DNA from: Candidatus Marinacidobacterales bacterium
GTDB taxonomy: Bacteria > Acidobacteriota > Vicinamibacteria > Marinacidobacterales > SMYC01
Assembly (NCBI GenBank): GCA_965224085.1
Contig: CBDCYI010000004.1
Location: 1,504,001 to 1,568,000, forward strand
DNA length: 64,000 nt
Direction: 5' to 3'
Of this stretch, positions 19,960 through 31,109 are shown one piece after another. Position 1 is the stretch's first letter. Every line of letters begins with the position of its first letter. A program made the translations under genes and the position numbers. Below the pieces are notes generated by a model. That model worked only from the letters and a program-made list of their open reading frames with translations, was not told where the DNA came from and ran no database searches.

Positions 19960-20537
19960 CGCCGCGTAGACGTTGCGCATGGAGCGAGTCCGGAAACGAG
20001 CTCTACATCGCCTATCACGACGACGAATGGGGCGTGCCCGTTCATGATGATCGCAAGCATTTCGAGTTTCTCGTTCTCGAAGGCGCCCAAGCCGGACTTT
20101 CCTGGTCGACGATCCTGAACAAGCGCGAAGCCTATCGCAAGGCCTTTGCGGGGTTCGATCCCGTGAAGGTCGCTCGTTTCAGCGACAAGAAGATCGCGAA
20201 GCTGCTCGAGAATCCCGGCATCGTGCGCAACCGACTCAAAGTGCACAGTGCTGTCAGGAACGCCCGAGCCTTTCTCGCGATTCAGAAAGAGTTCGAAAGC
20301 TTCGATGCCTACGTGTGGCCTTTTGTCGGCGGCAAGCCTAAAGTGAACCGCCGACGGAGGATGAAGGACATCCCGGCGAAGTCGAAGCAGTCGGATGCGC
20401 TCAGCGCCGATCTCAAGAAGCGCGGGTTCAACTTCGTGGGAACCACCATTCTGTATGCCCACATGCAAGCCGTCGGCATGGTCAACGACCACGTAATCCG
20501 CTGCTTCCGCCACGAGCCCTGCGCGCGCCTCGCTTGA
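19956..20537 (+). CDS. tag: DNA-3-methyladenine glycosylase I
   Basis: RCAW, YHDDEWG, LEGAQAGLSW, GMVNDH; ATG overlaps the egtB stop. Confidence 0.93.
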   Translation: MTPRRRCAWSESGNELYIAYHDDEWGVPVHDDRKHFEFLVLEGAQAGLSWSTILNKREAYRKAFAGFDPVKVARFSDKKIAKLLENPGIVRNRLKVHSAVRNARAFLAIQKEFESFDAYVWPFVGGKPKVNRRRRMKDIPAKSKQSDALSADLKKRGFNFVGTTILYAHMQAVGMVNDHVIRCFRHEPCARLA

Positions 20538-20572
20538 CCTGCGAGCACGCTGGTGTTTTGGAATAGGGCGGC

Positions 20573-20866
20573 TCATCCTATGCAAGGAACTTTGCTCCGC
20601 GAAAGTGCCTCGGACAAGAGCACTGGGATGGTGAACCACAGGATGGCTCGGGAAACGACGCCCACTGCGACAACGTGCGACAAAGCGGGCTGGACAATCA
20701 AAGCGAAACGGAGGATCGCCGCGAGAAGACCGAATTGCAGGGTATAGAGAGCGAACCACGGAGCAAAGCGGCTCGACTCCGGGTCGAGATAGAAGTAGCC
20801 CGCGTTCGTCGCGACGAAGATGCCGAGCAGGAGGCTCCCCGTCAAGCGACGCCGCTGCGTGGCCAC
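20573..20866 (-). pseudogene. 5' fragment of a membrane glycosyltransferase-like (GT87-type) protein
   Basis: Three TM helices ending at ...RAILWFTIPVL, just before the expected DDxxRY motif, then unrelated sequence. Confidence 0.45.
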
Positions 20867-20872
20867 GATGGG

Positions 20873-21196
20873 CTACACGGTTGCGCTTCGTATCTTGTGC
20901 TTCAGGCGCTTGATGTTGAGCCGAGCTCGCTTGAGCTGGACGGCGTCATGTGCTTTGAGCGCGTCGGCGCGTTTTTCCTTCAAAACCGCGATTTGGGCTT
21001 TGATCTTCGCTTTGTCGAGCCCGACCACGTGGTGGTGCTCGTGGGCATCGATGCCGAGCGCGCCACACAGTAGCTTGACGAGATCCGGCTTGTGCAGGGA
21101 CTTGTAACCGTGGACTTTGTCGTGGTCCAGGCCGTCCGCGATCTCGCGCAGCTGCGCCACCGTCTTCTTGCTGAGCTCATCGAAAGTGTGTTCCAT
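20873..21196 (-). CDS. Small basic protein with a Rho-N-terminal-like (HeH) domain
   Basis: LSKKTVAQLREIA...YKSLHKPDLV; RBS GGAGG. Confidence 0.75.
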   Translation of the reverse strand: MEHTFDELSKKTVAQLREIADGLDHDKVHGYKSLHKPDLVKLLCGALGIDAHEHHHVVGLDKAKIKAQIAVLKEKRADALKAHDAVQLKRARLNIKRLKHKIRSATV

Positions 21197-21424
21197 AGAT
21201 TGTGTCCTCCAACTGTCTAAATCTAACCGATCTGTCCCCTCGAGTGCGAGAGTCTCGACTACGCGTTTTGGCGCTCAGCGGGACTCCGCACGACCCACGT
21301 CGAACGGTGGGCTGAGCTAAACGGACTCGCAGCTATAGCCTGGCGTCGCCGACCCCGACCTCGCATCGAGGGACCCCAAAGATCCCACCGCGCCTGCCTC
21401 GGCGTGCCGGGATAGAATGTCCGC

Positions 21425-23433
21425 ATGGCTTTCGCAACGAGCTTCGACGATGCTCGGCTAACGCAACTGAAGGCACCGGGATCCAGCCTTGCTGAGCGCC
21501 CGCTCCCGATGTCCGTCGAGGAGATGCGCGCGCGCGGGTGGGAGCGCGTCGATGTCGTGTTCGTGACCGGCGACGCCTATGTCGACCATCCGAGCTTCGC
21601 GATGGCCCTTCTCGGCCGGGTCCTCGAAGCGGCCGGATTTCGCATCGCGATCGTGTCGCAGCCGGATTGGCGCAACTGCGAAGACTGGCGGCGGTTCGGC
21701 GCACCGCGGCTTTTTTATGCCATCAGCGCGGGCAACATGGATTCGATGATCAATCACTACACGGCGAATCGCAAAGTGCGGATCGCAAAGTGCGGAACGA
21801 TGATGCCTATTCGCCGGGCGCCCGCATCGGAAGGCGACCCGACCGTGCGACGCTCGCTTATTGCCAGCGGGCTCGTGAGGCGGCAAAGGGCGTTCCCGTC
21901 ATTGCCGGAGGCGTCGAGGCATCTTTGAGGCGGCTGGGTCACTACGACTACTGGAGCGACAAAGTTCGCCGCTCGATCCTTCTCGATTGCAAAGCCGACC
22001 TGCTCGTCTACGGTATGGGCGAGGGCGCTATTCTCGAGATTGCGCAGCGGCTTCTGGCGGGAGAGACGGTCAAGGACCTCAGGGATATGCGAGGCGTCGC
22101 CTACGTATTGGGCGCCTCGGAATCGCCGCCGGACGATGCGCTCGAGCTGCCGGGCTTCGAAGAAATAAGAAGCGACAAGCGCGCCTTCGCCGAGGCCACG
22201 AGAATCATTCACAACGAGACCAACCCCTTCAACGCGCGTCGTTTGGTGCAGCGGCACGATCATCAATCCGTGGTCTGCAACCCGCCTCCTTTGCCGATCT
22301 CGTCGGGCGCGATGGACGCGATTTACGGCTTGCCGTACACACGCAAGCCGCATCCGAGCTACGAAGAGTCGATTCCAGCGTTCGAGATGATTCAGGACTC
22401 GGTCACCATCATGCGCGGCTGCTTCGGCGGCTGCACTTTTTGCTCCATCACCACCCATCAGGGGCGGATCATCCAGTCACGCAGCAAGAAATCGATCCTC
22501 GGCGAAGTGCGCGCCATGGCGAGCGACCCTAAATTCAAGGGGGTCGTCAGCGATGTCGGTGGGCCGACGGCGAACATGTATCGCATGCGGTGCACGCGGC
22601 CGGAGGTCGAAGCCATTTGCCGGCGCCAGTCCTGCGTGTACCCGACGATTTGCAAGCTGCTCGGCACCGACCACGAGCCACTGATTCAGATCATGAACGA
22701 GGCGCGCGAGACCCCCGGCGTGAAGAAGGTTCTCGTAGCGAGCGGTATCCGGATGGATCTGGCACGGCTGTCGCCGCGCTACATGAAGACACTCACGCGC
22801 CATCATGTCGGCGGTCATCTCAAAGTGGCGCCCGAGCATACCGACCCGGCGGTGCTCGGTCTGATGCGCAAGCCGCGCAACGACGACTTCGAGAAGTTTG
22901 CGACGGTATTCGAAAAAGAATCGAAGAAGGCTGGCAAAAAGCAATACATCGTGCCCTATTTCATTGCTAGCCATCCGGGAAGTGATCTGAACGCAATGAT
23001 CGACTTGGCCGTGTTTTTGAAGCGAAACGGCTACAAGCCGGACCAGGTGCAGGATTTCATCCCGGCGCCCTTCGACGTCGCCACCGCGATGTATTACACC
23101 GGCATCGATCCGTTCACGAAAAAGCCTGTCCACATCGCAAAACACTTGCGCGATCGCAAGCTGCAGCGAGCCTTGATGCAGTTCTTCAAGCCCGAGAACT
23201 ACTTCGAAGTTCGAAAAGCACTTCTCGAAGCCGGCCGGCGCGACCTGATCGGTCGGGGATGCGATGCGTTGATCCCGGAAAGGCCTCCTCGCGAAGCGCG
23301 GGAGCGCCGACGTCTCGATGCGGAGCGGCGGTTCGCGGGGGACTACGTGCACCGTCCACAAAGCGAGAGAAAGAGACGATCTCGCCACGAGACGCAGCCG
23401 GGTTATCGGCCTAAGAGAAAAAGCACGAGCTAG
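21425..23433 (+). pseudogene. ygiQ: YgiQ-family radical SAM protein, frameshifted by a 14-bp duplication
   Basis: [10 protein letters not shown] and [11 protein letters not shown] in one frame; DDAYSPG and RGCFGGCTFC in another; ATCGCAAAGTGCGG duplicated at 21768-21795. Confidence 0.88.
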
Positions 23434-23447
23434 TCTGAGCTATCGAA

Positions 23448-24023
23448 TCATTTCAAGCCGAGCTGCTCGCCAGCCGCTAATAGGCTGACCGCCTCGCGAA
23501 GACGCTTCTCCCTCGTTTCTACGCGCTTGGCCGAGTGGATCCAACCGACGTAGGCCCGTCGATACGACGGAGCCAGCTGTTCGAAAAACTGCCAAGCACG
23601 TGAATTGGCCTTTAGCGTCCTCGTAATGTAGGGCGGGATGATTGGCGCGGACAATTTCGGGGCATCACCGCTCCGACTTGTTGGCGGACGCTTCAACCCG
23701 GGTGGCGCCAATAGCCCGCGCGCTTCGAGGCTTTCATATCGACGCCGATTTACCGTCGACCACTTGCTGCGTGCCTTTCGCGGGGTGAACTTCCGCGCGT
23801 AGCGGGCATCATCGAGGCGCCTGATGATGCTGTCGATCCAGCCGAAACAGAGCGCCTCCTCGACGGCATCGTCATATTCGATGGACGTCACCCCCGTGTG
23901 GCGTTTGTGAAACACGAGCCAGATCTCACACAAGGAGTCGTGGTGCTTCTTCAGCCACTTCCGGAAGTCTCGACGGTTCCGCACATCAAGCGTGTCCAGC
24001 GTGTCGGGCGGCTTCGCTGGCAT
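23448..24023 (-). CDS. YdeI/OmpD-associated family protein
   Basis: EALCFGWIDS, FTPRKARSKWS, AKRVETREKR. Confidence 0.9.
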   Translation of the reverse strand: MPAKPPDTLDTLDVRNRRDFRKWLKKHHDSLCEIWLVFHKRHTGVTSIEYDDAVEEALCFGWIDSIIRRLDDARYARKFTPRKARSKWSTVNRRRYESLEARGLLAPPGLKRPPTSRSGDAPKLSAPIIPPYITRTLKANSRAWQFFEQLAPSYRRAYVGWIHSAKRVETREKRLREAVSLLAAGEQLGLK

Positions 24024-25126
24024 TAGGTTTTCCGGGCTCCACAGGTTGAGGCGCGGTTTTTTTCGAGCCGCGCGTCGACGAGGGTCACGACCTCATCGAC
24101 GGCCTCGGACTCCATTCCCTGTTGACGGGCGATGCGACGCACGAGGCAGTCGACGCGTTCGATGTGCGTGGCGCCTCCGAAAAGAGCGCGCGCCGCCGAG
24201 GACGGCTTGCCGAGGCCTTGCGCAGCTTTGGCGTATTTCTCGAACGGGACCAAGTCGGCATCGCTGGCGCCGAGGCGAACGCATAGTTGCCGGACCCAGT
24301 CATAGATCTCGGCGGACGTTTCGACGTCGTCATGGACCGCGTCTTTGATGGAGATCATCTCTTCGCGCTGGACGCACCGGTAATTGCCCGTTAACAACAT
24401 CAGCCATTTCGCGAGGGGAACGAAAACGGAGTCGTGTACTCTCAGTTTCACGGGTAGCTCGATAGCGCCGGTGCCATCAGCGGAATCGAAACGGATGGCG
24501 TTGATGTCGTCTTCTAGGTTTACGAGCATCGCGGTGTGCTCGTCGGATTCGAAGCGCGCCGTTTTGAAGTTTGTCGGAAGGCCGACTTCAAGGACGTTCT
24601 TCCCTTCGCCTTGCGGGCGGAATGCTTGAGGGTCGGGGCTCGCCAGCGTGACCACACCTGGCTCGAAGCCTTCCCAGACGCCGGGATCCGAGTAGCACTC
24701 GGTCAGTGTCTCGGTTGTGAGCCCAGGAATGCGCTCGAGATAGGGAAGCGGCGGCATGTTCATAATCGCTACCGATGGCGTACGCGCCGCCGCGAGCCGT
24801 CCCATCAGCTCGCGGACGCCTTCAGAGCCGTATTGTGGCTCCTGCATGGCCAGCACGACCAGATCAAACTTTCCGGGGTCCACGGACTCGGGAGCGGTTG
24901 CAAAGAGCGTACCCTCGAGTCCTTTGGAGGCGACCTCGACAGGTGCTTCGCGCCCACGGATGGGAAGGCGCACCACGGTGCCTTCGCGGTTGATGAGATC
25001 GGCCGTGGGTTGGGTACACACGAGCGTTGCTGAATGTCCAGCCAACAACAACTTCGTGCTGAACAAGGAGCCGTAGGAGGCCCCCAAAATGAGCACGTCA
25101 TACTTGAGATTAGGACTAGGATTCAC
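24023..25126 (-). CDS. Ketopantoate-reductase-like Rossmann protein linked to frc
   Basis: ILGASYGSL, LAMQEPQY, MNMPPL, VPFEKYA; directly downstream of frc. Confidence 0.7.
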   Translation of the reverse strand: MNPSPNLKYDVLILGASYGSLFSTKLLLAGHSATLVCTQPTADLINREGTVVRLPIRGREAPVEVASKGLEGTLFATAPESVDPGKFDLVVLAMQEPQYGSEGVRELMGRLAAARTPSVAIMNMPPLPYLERIPGLTTETLTECYSDPGVWEGFEPGVVTLASPDPQAFRPQGEGKNVLEVGLPTNFKTARFESDEHTAMLVNLEDDINAIRFDSADGTGAIELPVKLRVHDSVFVPLAKWLMLLTGNYRCVQREEMISIKDAVHDDVETSAEIYDWVRQLCVRLGASDADLVPFEKYAKAAQGLGKPSSAARALFGGATHIERVDCLVRRIARQQGMESEAVDEVVTLVDARLEKNRASTCGARKT

Positions 25127-25137
25127 GAAGACTCCTG

Positions 25138-26385
25138 TTAGATCGCGCCCTGCTCGCGGGCTGCCTGGATCTCCTCGTCGTCCAGACCGAGCACGGTCTT
25201 GAGCACTTCCTCCGTGTGCTCACCGAGAAGCGGCGAGCGCACGACGGCGGCGGGTGAATCCGAGAGCTTGATCGGGTTGCCGACGGTCAGGTACTTGCCG
25301 CGTTCTGGGTGGTCGACCTCGACGACGGTTTCGGTCGCGCGGAGCGAGGGCTCGTCGGCGATCTCCTTCATCGACAGGATCGGGCCGCAAGGCACGTTCA
25401 ACGGGGTGAGGATATTCATGACCTCGAGTTTGTCCTTAGTCATCGTCCATTTCTCGATTTCATCGAAGATTGTGTCGAGTTTGGGGAGCCTCGCCTTCGG
25501 CGTGTTCCACTCCGGATCCTCGAGCCAGTCCTCGTGGCCTATTGCTTTGGCTAGTCCGTCGAAGGCTGCCGCTTGCGTGATGACGTAAGCGTAAGCGTCT
25601 GGATCGGTCTCCCATCCCTTGCATTTGACGATCCAGCCCGGCTGGCCGCCGCCGGAGGCATTGCCGGCGCGCGGCACGGCGTCGCCAAACGTGCCGTTGG
25701 GGTATTGGGGAAATTCCGTCAGTGGTCCGTGAGCGAGACGCTGCTGGTCGCGGAGCTTCACCCGGCAAAGATTGAGCACCGCGTCCTGCATGGCGCACAC
25801 GACCCTCTGGCCTTTGCCGCTCTTCTCCCGGTGCAAGAGCGCCGCCAGAATGCCAGCGACGAGGAGTATTCCGGTACCGGAATCGCCGATCTGAGCGCCT
25901 GTCACCATCGGAAAACCATCGATCTCACCCGTCGTCGACGCCGCCCCGCCGATGCACTGCGCGATGTTCTCGTAAACCTTACAGTCTTCGTAAGGGCCAG
26001 GGCCGAATCCCTTGACCGAGGCGTAGATGATACGCGGGTTGATTTCCTGAATCTTCTCCCACGGAAAGCCCATGCGATCGATGGCGCCAGGCGCAAAATT
26101 CTCCGCCAGCACGTCACATTCTTCGATGAGCTTCGTGAAGATCTTCTTGCCCGCTTCGGTCTTCGGATTCAGGGTGACGCTCCGTTTATTGTGATTCAGC
26201 ATCGTGAAATAAAGGCTATCGACGTCGGGGACGTCACGCAGCTGGCCGCGGGTCGCATCGCCTTTACCGGGCCGCTCCACCTTGATGACATCGGCGCCGA
26301 ACCAAGCCAGAATCTGCGTGCCTGTCGGTCCGGATTGCACGTGGGTCATATCAAGGATGCGAACACCCTCGAGAGCCTTTCCCAT
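25138..26385 (-). CDS. frc: Formyl-CoA:oxalate CoA-transferase
   Basis: [48 protein letters not shown]; RBS before ATG 26385. Confidence 0.93.
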   Translation of the reverse strand: MGKALEGVRILDMTHVQSGPTGTQILAWFGADVIKVERPGKGDATRGQLRDVPDVDSLYFTMLNHNKRSVTLNPKTEAGKKIFTKLIEECDVLAENFAPGAIDRMGFPWEKIQEINPRIIYASVKGFGPGPYEDCKVYENIAQCIGGAASTTGEIDGFPMVTGAQIGDSGTGILLVAGILAALLHREKSGKGQRVVCAMQDAVLNLCRVKLRDQQRLAHGPLTEFPQYPNGTFGDAVPRAGNASGGGQPGWIVKCKGWETDPDAYAYVITQAAAFDGLAKAIGHEDWLEDPEWNTPKARLPKLDTIFDEIEKWTMTKDKLEVMNILTPLNVPCGPILSMKEIADEPSLRATETVVEVDHPERGKYLTVGNPIKLSDSPAAVVRSPLLGEHTEEVLKTVLGLDDEEIQAAREQGAI

Positions 26386-26513
26386 ATCGTCCTCTCCTTT
26401 CCTTCCACTGGTGTTGGGCAGCTGGTAAGGATAGGTAATCTCAGGGTTACCAAGCAAGCGGGGCCGCGTTTTACCCCGACGTGTCGCTGGGCTACGATGC
26501 GCACGCGTCTTCC

Positions 26514-28604
26514 ATGAAAGCTTCCGACCGGGCCGTTCTCGTCTTTGCCTCCGTCGCCATTTTGCTCGTGCTCGCACCCTTTTTTCTGCGGCTTTCTCTT
26601 ATCGAGACACGTGGCTACAACCCTGACGAGCTCGAGCATCTACACTTTTCGTGGTGCGTTTGGCGCGGCCTCGTTCCCTACGTGGACTATTTCGAGCATC
26701 ACACGCCCTGGCTTCATTTCTTTCTCGCGCAGTTCTTCGATTTCTACGACGTCGAGCGGCTTCCGGAGGATGCGCTCGGCTTCACGTTCATGGCTCGCTA
26801 CTTCATGTGGCTGGCAGCGGGGGCGACGCTCGGGCTCACGTTCCTTCTCGGACGATCCTGGCGCGACGCGCGGACCGGTCTCGTCGCGGCCTTTCTTCTT
26901 GGCAACACCGCGTTTTTTCTCGCGAAGAGCTTCGAGATCCGGCCCGCGGTCCCCGCTGCCGCGCTCCTTCTTTTGTCGGTGTGGCTGGCGCTGCTCGGCA
27001 CGCGACGCGCCGTCGCCAGTGAGCCGGGGGGACGCACACGGTTGCTCGTGTCGGGCCTGGCGCTTGGCGCCGCCGTGATGATTACCCAGAAAGTCCTTTT
27101 CGTCGGGCCGGGCTATGCGGCCGTCGTCTTTTGGCTTCTTCTCGATCGGCGCCTCGAGCTTCCGCGCGCGACACGCTTCGGCCACGTTGCGGTGATTTCT
27201 GCGGGCTTCGCGCTTCCTGTCGCCGGCACGCTCGGCTATTTCGCGCTTCACGGTGCGGCTTGGGCGTTCATCGATGCCAACTTGATCGTAAACACGCGGT
27301 GGCCCGGTCTTCCGGCGGGACCCTTTCTCGTCGAGCTCGCACGGCAGGACCCATTCTTCGTCATGTTCGTGGTTGCCGGTTTTCTCCTCGAGGCGAAGCG
27401 TGCTCTCACGCGCCAAGCCGTTCTTCGCGTGGATCCCATCGTCACCTTCGCGACGCTCTCGGTCACGGTCTCCTTGGCCGCGCATCCGGCGATGTCCCAT
27501 CACCATTTTCTTCTGATCCTTCCTCTTGCCTCGCTCTATGGCGCTCTCGGCCTCCTTCGAATCGTTGAGTCCGTCACGAACTATGTCCGCGGCAAGGCGC
27601 TCCTGGCGGCCGCGACAGTTGCTTTGGGGGCGCTCGGCTTCTACGGGCTCTCGCGCCTCGCGCCCCCCGAGCTGGTCTTGCCTCTTTTTGCGCCGTTCGT
27701 GCTCGGCGCGTTTACGTTGGCCCTCGGTGTTTGCCTTTGGCGCGGCTCGCGAGAAGCCGCTCTCACCATCATCGTCGTTCTTCTGAGCGCCTATCCGCTC
27801 ACGCGCCTTCGCAACACGTTCGATCGTGGCAACTGGGGAACGACTCAGGCGATCGAATATGTGTTGCGTAACAGCGCGCCTTGGGAGACGACGTTCGACG
27901 GTTTCACTGGGCTCGGCCTGTTCCGGCCTCAAGCTTTCTTCCACCACTTCCAGCATCCGCACGCGTTCAGGCTTCAGTCGAAGGAAGAGCACAAGGAGAT
28001 GTACGAGGCCCTTCGCAATGGGCGTGCGATGCCCAAGTTCATTTTCTGGAGCCACTATTTGCGCGATGCCGTCACTCCCGAGATCACGGCGTTTCTTCAA
28101 GAGCACTATGTCCCTACGGGGCTCGAGCCAATCCGGGTACGCCCGTTCGATAATGGCGCGGGCTGGTGGTCGGACGAGAAAACGCGCTATATCGGCTGGG
28201 TGTCGGACGAAGACGAGGCGCCGCACGTTCTCTTCGATGACGGGTGGCGCCCTCCGAGCGAAGAGTTCGGCTTGCCGATCCGCCGGACGCGAACACGCCG
28301 TTCGACGCTGACGGTGCCCATTCGCTATCCGCGCGACTTCAACGTGACGCTCCGCGCTCACGCGGATTCTGAATCCGTGCCGTTCGGGGTAGAGCTCGTG
28401 GTGAACGGACGCTCGGCCGGTCGCGTCGACGCTGTACCCCGGTGGCAGGACTACGCGTTTCCGGTCATGGTGCATCAACTGCGCCCCGGTTTCAACGAGC
28501 TCCAGCTGCGTTTTAGTGCCGAGCACGGCGATCCGTCCAAACGGTTGGAGCTAGCGGTCCACTCACTGAAGCTCACCGCGACCGCGCGCGGAGAGACACC
28601 ATGA
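26514..28604 (+). CDS. Multi-TM GT-C/ArnT-like glycosyltransferase with C-terminal beta domain
   Basis: PDELEHLH...[11 protein letters not shown] loop, EIRP, many TM helices. Confidence 0.7.
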   Translation: MKASDRAVLVFASVAILLVLAPFFLRLSLIETRGYNPDELEHLHFSWCVWRGLVPYVDYFEHHTPWLHFFLAQFFDFYDVERLPEDALGFTFMARYFMWLAAGATLGLTFLLGRSWRDARTGLVAAFLLGNTAFFLAKSFEIRPAVPAAALLLLSVWLALLGTRRAVASEPGGRTRLLVSGLALGAAVMITQKVLFVGPGYAAVVFWLLLDRRLELPRATRFGHVAVISAGFALPVAGTLGYFALHGAAWAFIDANLIVNTRWPGLPAGPFLVELARQDPFFVMFVVAGFLLEAKRALTRQAVLRVDPIVTFATLSVTVSLAAHPAMSHHHFLLILPLASLYGALGLLRIVESVTNYVRGKALLAAATVALGALGFYGLSRLAPPELVLPLFAPFVLGAFTLALGVCLWRGSREAALTIIVVLLSAYPLTRLRNTFDRGNWGTTQAIEYVLRNSAPWETTFDGFTGLGLFRPQAFFHHFQHPHAFRLQSKEEHKEMYEALRNGRAMPKFIFWSHYLRDAVTPEITAFLQEHYVPTGLEPIRVRPFDNGAGWWSDEKTRYIGWVSDEDEAPHVLFDDGWRPPSEEFGLPIRRTRTRRSTLTVPIRYPRDFNVTLRAHADSESVPFGVELVVNGRSAGRVDAVPRWQDYAFPVMVHQLRPGFNELQLRFSAEHGDPSKRLELAVHSLKLTATARGETP

Positions 28605-29437
28605 GCGTCGAGCGCTCGCCCGACGCCGAGACGGCGGCAGCGTTTGCCGGTTCGTGGAATCGGCAGCGAGAGGGCTCCGTCTACACGCGCGAGCAGTTTC
28701 TGGACTGGTTCACGCCGCTCGAGCCGGAGGCCTTCTCGGGGAAGGCGGTTCTCGAGCTCGGGTTCGGCAACGGCTCGCTTCTTCACCACATGGCAGCGTG
28801 CCGACCGGCTCGGCTAACCGGCGTCGAGCTCGGAGACACGTTCGAGCGAACGAAAGCCAATCTCGGCGAGGCGCTCGCGAGCGAGCTCGATCTACACCAG
28901 GCCGATCTCACAAAGGTCGATCTCGGTTCGTTCGATTTTGTTTACTGCATCGGCGTGCTCCATCATCTGAAGGAGCCGGTAGAAGGATTTCTAGCGGTGC
29001 TTCGGCATACGGGCGCCGGAGGCCGGTTCCATTGCTGGGTTTATGCGCGCGAGGGAAATGCCGTGATCCGTTACTTCGTCGATCCGCTGCGCCGGGTGAC
29101 GTCGCGGCTCCCGTGGTGGCTGACAAAATACGGTTTCGCGCTCCCGCTCTCCGCCAAGTACTACCTTTACGCGAAGCTTCTTCGTCTTCTCGCCACGTTA
29201 CTGGGGGAACCGCTCATTCGACGTTTCCCCCTCGGAGCTTACAGCCTCTGGATCGCGAAGCGGAGCTTTTCGTTCTTCCACCACGTCGCTTTCGACCAGC
29301 TCGTGACGCCGACGACGCACTATTTCGACCGGGCGACGGTTGAGGGCTGGCTCGAGGATCCGGCTGTGGAGCCGGACTCGCGCTACATCGTCTTTCGCAA
29401 TGGGAACTCGTGGAAGTTCGGCGGAAGGAGGAGCTGA
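28601..29437 (+). CDS. Class I SAM-dependent methyltransferase
   Basis: VLELGFGNG, FDFVYCIGVLHHL. Confidence 0.88.
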   Translation: MSVERSPDAETAAAFAGSWNRQREGSVYTREQFLDWFTPLEPEAFSGKAVLELGFGNGSLLHHMAACRPARLTGVELGDTFERTKANLGEALASELDLHQADLTKVDLGSFDFVYCIGVLHHLKEPVEGFLAVLRHTGAGGRFHCWVYAREGNAVIRYFVDPLRRVTSRLPWWLTKYGFALPLSAKYYLYAKLLRLLATLLGEPLIRRFPLGAYSLWIAKRSFSFFHHVAFDQLVTPTTHYFDRATVEGWLEDPAVEPDSRYIVFRNGNSWKFGGRRS

Positions 29438-29524
29438 GCGAGCTCTTCAACGGCTGTTAGAGTTAGACAGAATCGTTTTTTTTCCGGCGGGTTGTGGCCA
29501 GTATTCTCCGGCGTTGTCCTTGTA

Positions 29525-29950
29525 TCAGCTCATGTAGCGTTCGTACCAGAGTTCGAAGACGAGAAGCGTCCAGAGCTGCTTGCGGTTGTCGTGCGTGCCC
29601 TCGGCGTGCTGCGCGAGAAGTTTTTGCACGTAGTCCGGATTCAAGAAACCTTCGCGCTTCAGTTTGGCCGGCGCGAACTGATCCTGGACGAGCTCTTTCA
29701 AGTCGGTGTTGAGCCAATAGGCGACGGGCACGTTGAAGCCCTTCTTCTTACGCGTGAGCACTTCGTCGGGAAGGATGCCTTCCATGGCTTTCTTGAGGAT
29801 GAACTTCGACGACTTCGATGTCAGGCCGTGCAATTTGAGCTCTCGAGGCACTTCGGCGACCCATTCGGTGAGGCGGTGGTTCAGAAGCGGCACACGCACC
29901 TCGAGTGAGTTGGCCATGCTGGCGCGGTCGACTTTTGTCAGGATGTCGCT
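29525..29950 (-). pseudogene. asnB: C-terminal remnant of asparagine synthase (glutamine-hydrolysing), cut by IS5
   Basis: DILTKVDRASMANSLEVRVP, RKKKGFNVP, LWTLLVFELW; begins at the IS terminal repeat. Confidence 0.85.
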
Positions 29951-31039
29951 GCCTTGGTGCACAACTCCGATAGAGGCCGAGAGCTCGCTTGGCCCCGACT
30001 CCCATCATCCGATCATCTCGCTATCAGGCATCCCGAGCGCCGTCATGGTGTTGAGAATCTTGCACCCGATCCTTGCCTCGACTCTCTGTGCCGCCAACCC
30101 TCTCGCTCGCATCGCTGAGCCCACGATAGCCTTGTAGCGATGGAACGTTGTCTCGACTTTGCTCCGTTTGCTGTAGCCCGATTCTGTGTGCCACTTTCGT
30201 TTGCCGAGCCGAGCTTGTGCTGCAATGTTGCGATTGCGCTGTCGGCTGCTCGCCGGCCCCGATGCGAGCTGGGCGCCCTTGCGCGGCGGTATCAGCACCC
30301 TCGGCGAGCGATGAGCGCTGTGATTCTCGATTGCCTCATAGACGCCGCTGGCGTCGTATGCGGTGTCAGCTCTGGCCGATGAGATGGGACTGTCGCTCTG
30401 TCTGACAAGCGATGCAACCCGCGATGAATCGCGGGCTCTTTTGCTCGTCAGCTCGCAGGCGACGACTTCGCCAGTCTGCTCGTCGACACACAGATGGAGC
30501 TTGCGATAGTCCCTGCTATTTGGTGCTCTGCGCAGCTGGCCGGCGTGGACAGCGAGACCGCTGCTGTCGATCAAGATGTGCAACGGCGTCTTCTGCTTGT
30601 CTTGGTAGAAGGGGACCTTACCCAGCTTCGCCTTGCGCCTCGAGATCGTGGTGTGATCGGGCACATCATTGTCTAGCTTCATCAGAGCGAACAACGATCG
30701 CAGCAATCCCTCGCTCTGTCTAGATGACAGATGAAACACCATGCCCAGGGTGACAGCCGTCTCGATGGCGTGGTTCGAGTACTTGCGTTGACGGCCCGGT
30801 TTCCTCCTCCTCGGCCGGGGCGCGTCCCAGTTCACAAGCTTGCCGGCGGTGAGCGAGATCCAGACGGTCAGGCTCCCACGGTTGCGTAGACCCGCCTCAT
30901 ATTCACGCCAATTCCTCACGCGATAGGCCTTCTTCACATACTTCCGCTGAGTGCGTTTGAAAATACTCATGGGGAACCTCGAATCCGTGAGTAAAGGACA
31001 ATTGTGGACCGAGATCGCGAGTTGTGCACCAAGGCAGCG
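29947..31039 (-). mobile_element. IS5-family (IS903-like) insertion sequence
   Basis: Perfect 21-bp inverted repeat CGCTGCCTTGGTGCACAACTC (29947-29967 / 31019-31039); no target duplication. Confidence 0.88.
30005..30970 (-). CDS. IS5-family transposase
   Basis: YRVRNWREYEAGLRNRGSLTVW, PDHTTISRR, IDSSGL, ADTAYD, GYSKRSKVETTFHRYK. Confidence 0.92.
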   Translation of the reverse strand: MSIFKRTQRKYVKKAYRVRNWREYEAGLRNRGSLTVWISLTAGKLVNWDAPRPRRRKPGRQRKYSNHAIETAVTLGMVFHLSSRQSEGLLRSLFALMKLDNDVPDHTTISRRKAKLGKVPFYQDKQKTPLHILIDSSGLAVHAGQLRRAPNSRDYRKLHLCVDEQTGEVVACELTSKRARDSSRVASLVRQSDSPISSARADTAYDASGVYEAIENHSAHRSPRVLIPPRKGAQLASGPASSRQRNRNIAAQARLGKRKWHTESGYSKRSKVETTFHRYKAIVGSAMRARGLAAQRVEARIGCKILNTMTALGMPDSEMIG

Positions 31040-31109
31040 GTGCGAAGGGATCCCGCCTTCCCGTCGCGTTAGGAAGAAACCATCCCTGTCACGCGGTCTA
31101 TCCGCTAAA

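Noticed and set aside
18621-21363. 14-bp inverted match CGAGGTCGGGGTCG (18621) / CGACCCCGACCTCG (21350) flanking egtB-tag
   Set aside because: Short and GC-rich, no recombinase nearby; plausible by chance
26640-28526. Long antisense ORFs (e.g. 628 aa at 26640-28526, 468 aa at 34932-36338, 425 aa at 2641-3918)
   Set aside because: Shadow frames of real genes in GC-rich DNA; no recognisable motifs
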